Positions 49,362-64,000 of a DNA stretch of 64,000 nucleotides are shown here, piece by piece (within the stretch, counting starts at the first letter, position 1; each line of letters opens with the position of its first letter). Source of the stretch: Gammaproteobacteria bacterium. Its GTDB lineage: Bacteria; Pseudomonadota; Gammaproteobacteria; Burkholderiales; SHXO01. Below the pieces are notes generated by a model. That model had not been told where the DNA came from. It did no database searches and was given only the letters and a program-made list of their open reading frames with translations. Position numbers and translations under genes: made by a program. The stretch is taken from contig JBGPOV010000004.1 of the NCBI GenBank assembly GCA_041488255.1, forward strand, positions 16,866-80,865, given 5' to 3'.

Positions 49362-50471
49362 TCAAGGACCAGCGAAATCCTTGGCCACCGCGAAGCATTT
49401 CTGCTTGAGGGCAGCGAGCAGCTTGTTCCACGACTCGCGGAAGCTCGCCACGCCCTCGCTTTCCAGCTCGCGCGTGATCGCCTCCAGATCGACTCCCAGA
49501 AGCTTGAGCGCCTCGAGCTCGCGTTGCGCGATGTCGGTGTCGGCCTCCAGCGAGTAGCTCGCCTCACCGTGGTAAAGGAACGCGTCCAGCGTCTCCGGCG
49601 GCAAGGTGTTGACGGTGTCCGGACCGATGAGAGACTCGACGTAGAGCACGTCGCTGTAGCCGGGATCCTTGGTGCTGGTGCTGGCCCACAGGGGCCTCTG
49701 GGGCCGCGCGCCACGCTTGAGCTGCTCGGCGACCTCCGGCTCCTTAAGCAACGCCTGGAAGCGCTGGTAGGCCGCCTTCGCATTGGCCACGGCGATGCGC
49801 CCGCGCAGGTGGGCCGCCTCGGGCCGGCCGATGGCATCGAGTTGGTTGTCCGCCTTGGTGTCCACGCGGCTGACGAAGAACGAGGCGACCGACGCGATGT
49901 TCTCCGGGTGTGCGTTGCGCGCGAGGCCGCGGGCCCAGGCCCGCCCCACTTCTGCGTAGCGCGAAACCGCGAACAGCAGAGTGACGTTGACGTTGATGCC
50001 CTCGGCGGTCAGGCGCTCGAAGGCACGCACGCCTTCCCCAGTCCCGGGGACTTTGATCATGACGTTGGGGCGCTCCACCGCCGCCCACAGGCGATGCGCG
50101 CTGGCCACCGTGCGCTCGACGCTGTAGGCGAGATCCGGGGGCACCTCCAGACTGACGTAACCATCGCGCCGGCGCGTGCGATCGTAGACCGGCCGCAGCA
50201 CGTCCGCGGCCATCTGCACGTCGCCCACCATCAATGCCTCGCACAGCTCCGTGGGATCGATCTCATGGTTCTGCTCGAGCAGCTCGCGTATGGCTTCGTC
50301 ATAGTCGCGGCCGCCCCCGATTGCCTTGTTGAAGATCGAGGGATTGGTGGTCACGCCCGTAACCCCGCTGTCCACCAAGCGTTGCAGGCCGCCGCGGGCC
50401 ACCAGGTTGCGGTCGATGAAGTCGAGCCACACCGATTGTCCATGACGGGCGAGATCGAGAAGAGAAGCCAT
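49362..50471 (-). CDS. tal: Transaldolase
   Basis: GQSVWLD, GVTTNPSIF, IKVPGT (Schiff-base Lys), SFFVSRVD and WASTSTK motifs. Confidence 0.95.
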   Translation of the reverse strand: MASLLDLARHGQSVWLDFIDRNLVARGGLQRLVDSGVTGVTTNPSIFNKAIGGGRDYDEAIRELLEQNHEIDPTELCEALMVGDVQMAADVLRPVYDRTRRRDGYVSLEVPPDLAYSVERTVASAHRLWAAVERPNVMIKVPGTGEGVRAFERLTAEGINVNVTLLFAVSRYAEVGRAWARGLARNAHPENIASVASFFVSRVDTKADNQLDAIGRPEAAHLRGRIAVANAKAAYQRFQALLKEPEVAEQLKRGARPQRPLWASTSTKDPGYSDVLYVESLIGPDTVNTLPPETLDAFLYHGEASYSLEADTDIAQRELEALKLLGVDLEAITRELESEGVASFRESWNKLLAALKQKCFAVAKDFAGP

Positions 50472-50858
50472 GCATCACCTCCGTCGGCGCTGGAGACGCG
50501 TGAATGGGAGACAGCCTCGCCCGGCATCGGCTCAGGGGCTGCAGGTACGCTTGCTGCTCGACGCCCCGGCCTGGGTGCGCTCCAATTTTGTCGGACGCAT
50601 TGGGCTGCTGCTGCTATTGTTGTAAAACGGCGCCGCAAGTTCAACAACGCCGAGCGAAGGGGGACTGCCAAACACTGCCGTTTCAAGCAGCTGCGAGCGA
50701 GTGTCGATGCGAAGCGTCAAGGCGTGCGCCTAAGTCGGGCTTAAGCTTGGAATGAGACAAACAGCCCCAATGTCCAGAACCGCGTGAACCCAGCCCGTGC
50801 GCTCCAGCACTTACTCGAAACCAGGACGGGAAAAACGGATGCGGAGCCCTTTGTTGGG

Positions 50859-50952
<94 letters not shown>

Positions 50953-51086
50953 TGTCGCGGGCTATTTTACATGCAAGTGAACCCTTCCCCCGCAAGCGCG
51001 ATCAAACATCGGTCAGAGACCGTCTTCACAACGGCCTTCTTCTTGCTTCGCATCTATCTCTTGAGCGACTCGGCACCGAGCTACGC

Positions 51087-55240
<4,154 letters not shown>

Positions 55241-55275
55241 CGCAGGCGGGTGAATGCGTTGAGGCAGTGGAGGGT

Positions 55276-56037
55276 TCACTGGTCCTCTATCACATCCGCC
55301 CCCGCCGGCGGGGTGAAGGTGAACAGGTTCGCTGCGAGCTTCGGGTTGCGCTCGAGCTTGGCAAAGCGGATCACGCTGACCTGGCCCATATGGTCGTACA
55401 GCTCCATGGTGTCCAGCGTGTTGCCCTTGAAACCCATGCGCACCTTGCTGAACATGCTGTCTTCATCGCGCGGATAGGCTTCCAGCCAGTCCAACCCGCC
55501 CCGGGCACCCTTGGCGTCCAGGTTGTAGTACTGCTCGATGTCGTTGCTGCCGGCGAGCAGCGCGGCCGGGCTGCTGCCCAGCGCGCCGCTCAGCTTCTTC
55601 ACGGTGACTTGGTTGAGGTCTTTGTCGTAAACCCAGAGCTTCTCGCCGTCACCCACGATGGTCTGTTGGTAAGGCTTCTCGTAGTCCCACCGGAATTTCC
55701 CAGGGCGTGCGAAGGCCAGCTTACCGCTCGCGGTCTGGGTCGTAGCGCCGTCCTTGTCCAGCACAGTCTGAGTGAAACTGGCCCGGGCCGACTGGGTCTG
55801 CTGGGCGAAGGCCTTGAGCTTTTCGATGCTGCCGGCGGCGTGGGCGACCGGAGCGAGCATGAGGCTGGTGAGCGCGGTCAGCCAAGTGAGTGAGCGAGCC
55901 AGTGAATGAGTGCGCCCGGTGGGCGCACCCGCGCACGGCGCAGCAGGTTCGAGCGGCCTGGAAAGAACTGCTCCTGGCACTTCGTGTTTCGCGCTTCGAA
56001 CCCGACGTCTCACCCGTTGACTCATTTCCTCATTCAC
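55276..56037 (-). CDS. lolA: Outer-membrane lipoprotein carrier LolA (start uncertain)
   Basis: FARPGKFRWDYEKP, LWVYDKDLNQVT, SSPAALL and FTFTPPAGADV motifs. The N-terminus overlaps a repeat element. Confidence 0.88.
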   Translation of the reverse strand: MNEEMSQRVRRRVRSAKHEVPGAVLSRPLEPAAPCAGAPTGRTHSLARSLTWLTALTSLMLAPVAHAAGSIEKLKAFAQQTQSARASFTQTVLDKDGATTQTASGKLAFARPGKFRWDYEKPYQQTIVGDGEKLWVYDKDLNQVTVKKLSGALGSSPAALLAGSNDIEQYYNLDAKGARGGLDWLEAYPRDEDSMFSKVRMGFKGNTLDTMELYDHMGQVSVIRFAKLERNPKLAANLFTFTPPAGADVIEDQ

Positions 56038-56088
56038 CCCTTCACCCCTTCACCCCTTCACTCCTTCACTCCTTCACGCATTCACTCC
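56033..56088. repeat. Tandem octamer repeat TTCAC(C/T)CC x7
   Basis: Seven contiguous 8-mers: three TTCACCCC, two TTCACTCC, one TTCACGCA, one TTCACTCC. The last overlaps the ftsK stop. Confidence 0.9.
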
Positions 56089-58379
56089 TTGCTCTGCGCC
56101 AACACCTCCCGATTGCCATTGGTCGCCATGCTCGACACCAGGCCGGCGCGCTCCATTTGTTCAATCAGGCGGGCGGCGCGGTTGTACCCGATCCGCAGGT
56201 GTCGCTGCACCAGCGAGATCGAGGCACGGCGGGACTTGAGCACGATCTCCACCGCCTGGTCGTACAGCGGGTCCGACTCCGCGTCTGCCTCATCGAGACC
56301 GCCCAGCTCGCCTTCCATGTCCTCGGCACCGTCTAGGATGCCGTCGATGTACTGGGGCTGGGCGCGTGACCTGAGGTACTCCACGACCTTGTGGACTTCC
56401 TCGTCTGCCACGAACGCGCCGTGCACCCGCTGCGGATGTCCGGTCCCCGGCGGCAGGTAGAGCATGTCGCCCTGGCCGAGCAGCGACTCGGCCCCCATCT
56501 GGTCGAGAATGGTGCGCGAATCCACCTTGCTCGACACCTGGAAGGCGATGCGCGTCGGGATATTGGCCTTGATCAGGCCGGTGATCACATCCACCGATGG
56601 CCGCTGGGTGGCGAGGAGCAGATGGATGCCTGCGGCGCGCGCCTTCTGCGCCAGGCGGGCGATGAGCTCCTCGACCGTCTTGCCCACCACCATCATGAGG
56701 TCGGCCAGCTCGTCGATCACCACCACCACCAGCGGCAGCTCCTTCAACGGCGGCGCCAGCATCTGCGCTTCGAGCAGAGCATTCGCTGCGAGCGGATCGG
56801 CCAGCGGTTGTCCGGTCTTCTCCGCGTCCTTGATCTTCTGGTTGAAGCCCGACAGATTCCGAACGCCTACTGCTGACATCAGTCGGTAACGGCGCTCCAT
56901 CTCGCCGACGCACCAGGTGAGCGCCTGCGCAGCCTGCTTCATGTCGGTGACCACCGGGGACAGCAGGTGGGGAATCCCCTCGTATGCCGACAGCTCCAGC
57001 ATTTTGGGATCCACCAGGATGAGGCGTACCTCGTTGGGTGTGGCCTTGTACAGCAGGCTCAGGATCATGGCGTTGATAGCCACCGACTTGCCCGAGCCCG
57101 TCGTCCCAGCCACCAGCAGGTGCGGCATGCGGGTGAGATCGGCAACGACAGGTTTGCCGGCGATGTCTTTGCCCAGCGCGAGGGTCAGCGGCGAACCCAT
57201 GTCGGCGTACACCTGGGAGCTCAAGATCTCCGACAGCCGCACCACTTGGCGCTTCGGGTTGGGGATCTCGAGCCCCATGTAGGACTTGTTGGGGATCGTC
57301 TCTACCACGCGGATGCTCACAACCGAAAGCGCGCGGGCGAGGTCCTTCACCAGGTTCACGATCTGGCTGCCCTTCACTCCCACCGCCGGCTCGATCTCGT
57401 AGCGCGTAATGACCGGCCCGGGCTGGGCCGCGACCACGTTGACTTCGATGCCGAAATCGAGCAGCTTCTTCTCGATCAGGCGGGAGGTGTATTCCAACGT
57501 GTCGGCCGACAGGACGTGGATGTCGCCCTTCGATTCGTCCAGCAGGTACAGCGGTGGCAGCGGCGAATCGGGCAGGTCCTCGAACAGGGGCTTCTGTTTC
57601 TCGCGCGCCACGCGTGCCGACTTCGGGAACTCCAACTCCGCCTGCTCGATGCGGATCGGCTCATGCTCGTCGAGCTTCCTCTTCTCCTCCTCGACCATCT
57701 CTTCGCGGCGGTTCGCCGCCTGTTCGCCTATCTTGCGGTCTCGCGCCGCCTCCCAGCGCGCTACAGCGAACAGCCAGCCCCGCTCGATCCGTTCGCCCAG
57801 CTTCTCCGAGACCTCGAGCCACGACAGGCCGCTGAACAGGGAAAGTCCAATACCGCCGACGAACAAGAGAGTCAGCGTTCCGCCAGTCGCGCCGAACCAG
57901 CGCGAAAATAGCTGGCCGATACTTGTGCCGAGCATGCCGCCCGACGCCAGCGGCAGTTGCGCGTGAAGTGAATGCAGCCGCAGGGCCTCCAGGCTGGCGC
58001 TCGCCAACACCAGCGATAAGAACCCGCTGCAAGCGACCAAGAAGGAGCGGCGGTCGGCGGGCTCGAACGCGTCTAGGCGCCGGTAACCCCACCGGATCGC
58101 GAAAAGCAGGAACACGACCCACCAGTAGGCCGACAGCCCGAACAGCGACAAGAGGACGTCCGCGAGCCAGGCGCCGAATCGGCCCCCCGCGTTGTGGCTA
58201 GCCCCGCCGCCCGTGCTGTGCGACCAGCCGGGGTCGGACTTGTCGTAGGTGACGAGGACCAGTGCGAGATAAAGTGCGGCAAGCACCAGGACCAGCCACC
58301 AGGCCTCCCGCGCGAGGGCGGCCAGCCGCGGCGGCCATGGCCTGCGCTCCGCGGCGTCAGCGCTGGACCTGAGCAGCAT
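56082..58379 (-). CDS. ftsK: DNA translocase FtsK
   Basis: N-terminal 4TM region, [21 protein letters not shown] and gamma-domain IGYNRAAR. Confidence 0.97.
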   Translation of the reverse strand: MLLRSSADAAERRPWPPRLAALAREAWWLVLVLAALYLALVLVTYDKSDPGWSHSTGGGASHNAGGRFGAWLADVLLSLFGLSAYWWVVFLLFAIRWGYRRLDAFEPADRRSFLVACSGFLSLVLASASLEALRLHSLHAQLPLASGGMLGTSIGQLFSRWFGATGGTLTLLFVGGIGLSLFSGLSWLEVSEKLGERIERGWLFAVARWEAARDRKIGEQAANRREEMVEEEKRKLDEHEPIRIEQAELEFPKSARVAREKQKPLFEDLPDSPLPPLYLLDESKGDIHVLSADTLEYTSRLIEKKLLDFGIEVNVVAAQPGPVITRYEIEPAVGVKGSQIVNLVKDLARALSVVSIRVVETIPNKSYMGLEIPNPKRQVVRLSEILSSQVYADMGSPLTLALGKDIAGKPVVADLTRMPHLLVAGTTGSGKSVAINAMILSLLYKATPNEVRLILVDPKMLELSAYEGIPHLLSPVVTDMKQAAQALTWCVGEMERRYRLMSAVGVRNLSGFNQKIKDAEKTGQPLADPLAANALLEAQMLAPPLKELPLVVVVIDELADLMMVVGKTVEELIARLAQKARAAGIHLLLATQRPSVDVITGLIKANIPTRIAFQVSSKVDSRTILDQMGAESLLGQGDMLYLPPGTGHPQRVHGAFVADEEVHKVVEYLRSRAQPQYIDGILDGAEDMEGELGGLDEADAESDPLYDQAVEIVLKSRRASISLVQRHLRIGYNRAARLIEQMERAGLVSSMATNGNREVLAQSKE

Positions 58380-58434
58380 CCCGGGCAAGCAACATCCTGA
58401 GCATGTCGCATTATACGACCCCGCTGGCGGTTAA

Positions 58435-59565
<1,131 letters not shown>

Positions 59566-59572
59566 GGCTTTG

Positions 59573-59730
59573 AACCACGGAGACACGGAGAGCACGGAGA
59601 AAAGCTAGAGACCGGTCTTGAGGCGCCAGGGATCACCAGCGCGGAGATGAGCACCTATGTCATGTTCCCTCGTGCGGGTCATGATTTATGAGGTAGGTTC
59701 TTTCTCCGTGCTCTCCGTGTCTCCGTGGTT
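59573..59730. repeat. Perfect 30-bp inverted repeat built from 9-mer CACGGAGA(N) units (MITE/REP-like element)
   Basis: AACCACGGAGACACGGAGAGCACGGAGAAA (59573-59602) and its exact reverse complement at 59701-59730, with a 98-nt spacer. Confidence 0.9.
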
Positions 59731-59746
59731 AATATGGGATAGGCGT

Positions 59747-60355
59747 GTGAACAAGCGTCGCAGCAAACACGAACCCGCGAACGACCCGGCCCAGGAGTTT
59801 CAGGACGCGGTCCGGGACGTGGAGCCGCTGCCCGACCCGGGGCGGGTCGTGCACGCGCCCAAGCCGCGCACGCCCCTTCCGTTTCAGCGCCTGGAGGACG
59901 ACCGCCAGGTCCTGCTCGACAGCTTGAGCGATCAGGCCGAGGCCGAGCTGGAACTGGAGTCCGGCGACGCGCTGTCGTTCATGCGGCCGGGTCTGACGCG
60001 CCAGGTGCTGCGCAAGCTGCGCAGCGGCCACTGGGCGAGACAGGATCAACTGGACCTGCACGGATCGCGCTCACAGGAAGCCCGGGGCCTGCTGGTCGAA
60101 TTCCTGGCCCAGGCGGTCAAGCGAGGCCATCGTTGCGTGCTCGTGGTGCACGGGAAGGGCTTGGGGTCCAAAAGCCGGGAGCCCGTGCTCAAGCGCAAGG
60201 TCGCAAGCTGGCTCGCCCAGCGCAGCGAAGTGCTGGCCTTTTGCCAGGCCTCGCCGGCGGACGGCGGAAGCGGAGCGGTGGTCGTGCTACTGCAAGCTAG
60301 AGGCGCGAGGCGAGAGGCGAGAGGAGCAGAAGCCGACGGGGACCTCGATGACTAG
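59747..60355 (+). CDS. Smr/MutS2 domain endonuclease
   Basis: LRKLRSG, LDLHG, VVHGKG and DGGSGAVVVLL motifs; start placed at GTG 59747, after the inverted repeat. Confidence 0.9.
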   Translation: MNKRRSKHEPANDPAQEFQDAVRDVEPLPDPGRVVHAPKPRTPLPFQRLEDDRQVLLDSLSDQAEAELELESGDALSFMRPGLTRQVLRKLRSGHWARQDQLDLHGSRSQEARGLLVEFLAQAVKRGHRCVLVVHGKGLGSKSREPVLKRKVASWLAQRSEVLAFCQASPADGGSGAVVVLLQARGARREARGAEADGDLDD

Positions 60356-60381
60356 CAGGGTGCATAGCCTAGCTTGCGCGG

Positions 60382-60735
<354 letters not shown>

Positions 60736-60888
60736 TCAGATCCGGGCCGTCCCCGGGAAACACGGACAGTATAGTCACTCCGGTCGAGGAGATAAACGTC
60801 GGATCGGATTGCCCGCCCGGGATGCGGGCACCATCGCGGTGCGCCCTGGATAGACGCGGTCCGGTGACATAATCCATGAGCCCTGCCC

Positions 60889-62025
60889 ATGGCTGACCGA
60901 TTGCAGATGCGCATCCTCGACTCGCTGGCCAGCATCGACCCGGTCCGATGGGATGCGCTGGCCGGCGACAGCCCGTTTTTGTGCCATGCCTTCCTGCACG
61001 CGCTGCACGAGACCGGCTGCGCCTGCGAGCAGCGCGGCTGGACACCACGCTTCGTCACGCTGTGGGACGGAGACGAGCTCGCGGGCGCCATGCCGCTGTA
61101 CTTGAAATTCCACTCCTACGGCGAATACGTGTTCGACTGGGCCTGGGCAGACGCCTATCACCGCCGCGGCCTGGACTACTATCCCAAGTTGCTGTGCGCC
61201 GTGCCCTTCACGCCCGCCGCCGGGCCCCGGCTGCTCGCGCCGACTGCGGAATTGAGGCAGCGCCTGCTGCGCGCGGCGCTAGGGCTGGCCAAGGAGCTGC
61301 GTGCCTCCTCGTTGCACCTGCTGTTCCCGCCGCCGCAGCAGGCGTGCGAGCTGGAGTCGGCCGGACTGATGCTGCGCACCGGCGTGCAGTTCCATTGGCT
61401 GAACCCCGGCTACCGTGACTTCGACGATTTTCTGTCGGGTATGAGCCATGACAAACGCAAGAAGATCAAGCAGGAGCGGCGCCGTGTGCGCGAGGCCGGG
61501 ATCCAGTTCTCCTGGTTCAGCGGGCGGGAGGCGACGTCGGCGCACTGGGACTTCTTCACGCTGTGCTACAAAAGTACCTACCGGCAGCACCATTCCACCC
61601 CCTACCTCAACCACGCATTCTTCCGACGCCTGGCGCACACTCTGCCGGACAACGTGCAGCTCATTATTGGCTCGCGAGACGCAAAGCCGGTGGCCGCCGC
61701 CCTCAACGTGCACAACGGCCACACGCTGTGGGGGCGTTACTGGGGTGCAACGCAGTTCGTACCGGGACTGCACTTCGAGACCTGCTACTATCAGTCCATC
61801 GAGTTCTGCATCGCCCGCGGGATCCGTCTGTTCGAAGGCGGCGCGCAGGGAGAACACAAGCTGGCGCGCGGCTTCCTGCCCGTGGCAACCTATTCGGGCC
61901 ACTGGCTCGCGCACCCCCAGTTCTCCCGCGCGGTGGAAGAGTTCCTCGGCCGGGAAACGCGCGGCGTGGGAGTCTACCTGGACGAGTTGACCGAACACAG
62001 TCCGTTCAAGGCAGGTTCGAGTTAG
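60889..62025 (+). CDS. FemAB-like GNAT (DUF482) protein
   Basis: HSYGEYVFDWAWA, YYPKL, LHFETCYYQ and EGGAQGEHKLARG motifs. Confidence 0.88.
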   Translation: MADRLQMRILDSLASIDPVRWDALAGDSPFLCHAFLHALHETGCACEQRGWTPRFVTLWDGDELAGAMPLYLKFHSYGEYVFDWAWADAYHRRGLDYYPKLLCAVPFTPAAGPRLLAPTAELRQRLLRAALGLAKELRASSLHLLFPPPQQACELESAGLMLRTGVQFHWLNPGYRDFDDFLSGMSHDKRKKIKQERRRVREAGIQFSWFSGREATSAHWDFFTLCYKSTYRQHHSTPYLNHAFFRRLAHTLPDNVQLIIGSRDAKPVAAALNVHNGHTLWGRYWGATQFVPGLHFETCYYQSIEFCIARGIRLFEGGAQGEHKLARGFLPVATYSGHWLAHPQFSRAVEEFLGRETRGVGVYLDELTEHSPFKAGSS

Positions 62026-62029
62026 CTCC

Positions 62030-62680
62030 ATGTTCATCGGACACTTCGCAGTGGGCTTCGCAGCCAAGCGGTTCGCGCCGCGCGCTTCCCTCGGTTGGCT
62101 CCTGGCCGCGCCGATGTTTCTCGATCTGATCTGGCCGCTGTTCGTGCTGGCGGGCGTGGAGCTCGTGCGCATCGAGCCGGGCAACACCGCGTTCACGCCA
62201 TTGGAGTTCGTCTCCTACCCTTGGTCGCACAGCCTGCTCATGACCCTGGTGTGGGCGGCGTTGCTGGCCGCGCTCTATCAGTGGAAGGCGCGCTATTGGC
62301 CGGGCACCGTCGCTATCGCGCTGGGCGTCGCCAGCCACTGGCTGCTGGATTTCGTCAGCCATCGCCCCGACATGCCGCTCGCGCCCGGCGTTGCCACGAG
62401 GGTCGGGCTCGGCCTGTGGAACCATGTGGCCGCGACCGTGGCCGTAGAGGTCGCGATGCTCGTCGCTGGCGTCACGCTGTACGTAAGCGCGACCAAACCG
62501 GTGACGCGCGCGGGTAGTTGGGGTTTCTGGGGATTTCTCACGCTGTTGGGGTTCTTATACGCCGGAGCCGTGCGCGGCGATCCGCCGCCGAACGTGACGC
62601 TGCTGGCCCTGAGCGCGCTCTTCGCGTGGCTGGCGGTGTGGTGGGCGGCGTGGTTCGACCGCAACCGCGTTCCCAGATGA
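62030..62680 (+). CDS. Membrane-bound metal-dependent hydrolase-like protein
   Basis: MFIGH, PWSHSL and SHWLLDFVSH His motifs within a multi-TM protein. Confidence 0.75.
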   Translation: MFIGHFAVGFAAKRFAPRASLGWLLAAPMFLDLIWPLFVLAGVELVRIEPGNTAFTPLEFVSYPWSHSLLMTLVWAALLAALYQWKARYWPGTVAIALGVASHWLLDFVSHRPDMPLAPGVATRVGLGLWNHVAATVAVEVAMLVAGVTLYVSATKPVTRAGSWGFWGFLTLLGFLYAGAVRGDPPPNVTLLALSALFAWLAVWWAAWFDRNRVPR

Positions 62681-62779
62681 GCGACCATCCCCGCGCCACG
62701 CTGAACCGCAATCAGGGGAACCGAGAAGCCTACCGGAAGCGAGAGTCCGACCGGGCTTTGCCGTCGGGAGCCGCGCGGG

Positions 62780-63265
62780 TCAAGCCACGCGTCGGCGCGA
62801 AGTGGTTTGCAAGTCGCGCGCCATCCACACCGCGGCTTCGACACCGCGGTAATACTTCGGCAGCAGCGCCATTTCGAGAAACCCGAGTCGACGATAGAAC
62901 CGGCGCGCATGTTGGTTGCGCGCCCTCACCTCCAGATGGATGGCGCGGATGCCCGCTGCCTGCGCCGATTCCTCCAACCAGCGGATCATGCGCGTGCCCA
63001 GGCCCAGTCGCTGGAACTCGGGCCGCACGGCCAGGAGGTTGAGGTGCGCGTGCTCGTCGCCGAAGAACATGATGGCGAAGGCAACCACGCGTGCGCCCCG
63101 GCACATCACGATTGAGAGCGTATCGCGGTTGGTGATGCTCTTGTGCACCCGTCCGCGCGTCCAAGACCAACCCAGGCCGCTCTCGATCAGGTCGCGCGCC
63201 ATCAAGGCGATGTCCTGGGCGTCCTCGCCGCGGGCTAGGCGGACCGGGATATCGCGAGTACTCAT
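62780..63265 (-). CDS. GNAT N-acetyltransferase, RimI-like
   Basis: AHLNLLAVRPEFQRLGLG, LEVRARN.ARRFY.LGF and KYY motifs; start placed at ATG 63265. Confidence 0.82.
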   Translation of the reverse strand: MSTRDIPVRLARGEDAQDIALMARDLIESGLGWSWTRGRVHKSITNRDTLSIVMCRGARVVAFAIMFFGDEHAHLNLLAVRPEFQRLGLGTRMIRWLEESAQAAGIRAIHLEVRARNQHARRFYRRLGFLEMALLPKYYRGVEAAVWMARDLQTTSRRRVA

Positions 63266-63508
63266 CGGCCGCTCATGTGGTGGCTGAGACAGGCCGTCTC
63301 CTCCACTTCGCGCCGCGTGCGGTCGAACAGCCAGGTTTTGGGCCGCATGGTCGTTGTTGGTTGCGCAGCTGGTGACGATGCCGACCGTTGTGTTCCGCCA
63401 GCGTATTCCGGCGGCCTCCCCAACTCCGTAGCCGACATCGAATCCAAGCGTACATTCAGTATACGCCAGCCCATGGCGCTCTTGCGGTGCCTCACAGTTG
63501 CAGACGAC

Positions 63509-63531
63509 AAAAGACCCGCGCACGAGCGCGG
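63509..63531 (-). terminator. Possible intrinsic terminator after the 63560-63874 gene
   Basis: Minus-strand CCGCGC-TCGT-GCGCGG stem followed by GTCTTTT. Confidence 0.4.
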
Positions 63532-63559
63532 CTTCGCAACACATGCCTGCGGGCCTAGC

Positions 63560-63874
63560 TCAGTTCCCCGGCTTCGCCGACCGGTCGTTCTCGATTGCCG
63601 ACTTTTTGGCGGCCTCGAGCTGCGCCGGGCAATGGACCTCTAGAGCCTCGTCGTAGCACCAGTGGGCATTCATCCCGTCGTTCTTCTTGATGCACTCGTA
63701 GACGTATTTTCCCATCTCGTCGGTCCAGTGGCAGCCTTTGAATCTCTGGGCCGCGCGCTCTCGCTGGTAGGTGGGCGCGGGATCGCCATCGGCGCGGGCA
63801 GTCGCGGCCGGCAAGCCGCTGGTCAAGACGGCCAGCGCGAGCAGCGCATTCAGGGCAAGGTGCGGATGTGACAT
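63560..63874 (-). CDS. Small secreted four-Cys hypothetical protein
   Basis: Signal peptide (ARA), four Cys in the mature part, and a GGAAG RBS. Confidence 0.65.
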   Translation of the reverse strand: MSHPHLALNALLALAVLTSGLPAATARADGDPAPTYQRERAAQRFKGCHWTDEMGKYVYECIKKNDGMNAHWCYDEALEVHCPAQLEAAKKSAIENDRSAKPGN

Positions 63875-64000
63875 TCAGCTTCCTTCGGGAAGAGTTGACA
63901 GTTCGGCCGTCTGGCCGCGACGCGCGGATCCGATGAGCCGTCGGATTCTATGACAATCCGCCGCTGCGCGAAAGGACCGCCCACGAAGCCGGCCAGGCCG

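Noticed and set aside
56033-56088. CRISPR array or KOPS cluster
   Set aside because: The units are contiguous 8-mers with no spacers, no cas genes are present, and they do not match KOPS (GGGNAGGG).

Overview
GC-rich bacterial chromosome segment. Gene order and protein sequences (suhB-trmJ-cysE-iscR, ftsK-lolA-rarA-serS, trxB, glnB) point to a Betaproteobacterium; this is inferred. In order along the window: a DUF1772-like / acetoacetate-decarboxylase-like / Cys-nucleophile hydrolase operon; an isolated convergent flgM-fliA pair; a lanthanide-type methanol dehydrogenase operon xoxFGJ followed by three secreted-protein genes; a SUF Fe-S operon (iscR-sufA-sufBCDSU-nfu-Rieske) sitting in the usual ISC locus with three IscR boxes; a membrane His kinase paired with a cytoplasmic Ser/Thr kinase that carries two receiver domains; an apparently complete coenzyme F420 biosynthesis and utilisation cluster with a stand-alone FbiE-like nitroreductase; mutS; an orphan pilin-like gene; a Co-type nitrile hydratase with a frameshifted activator; mltB; ccmABCDEFGHI; tal; tRNA-Ser(CGA); mltF; serS; rarA; lolA; ftsK; trxB; smr; glnB; and GNAT/hydrolase genes. 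The strongest leads are the His-kinase to REC-Hanks-kinase module, the F420 cluster, the xoxF-linked uncharacterised secreted proteins, an in-frame amber codon in cysE, and repeat-armed inverted-repeat elements between core genes. All calls come from motif recognition by eye; no database searches were run.
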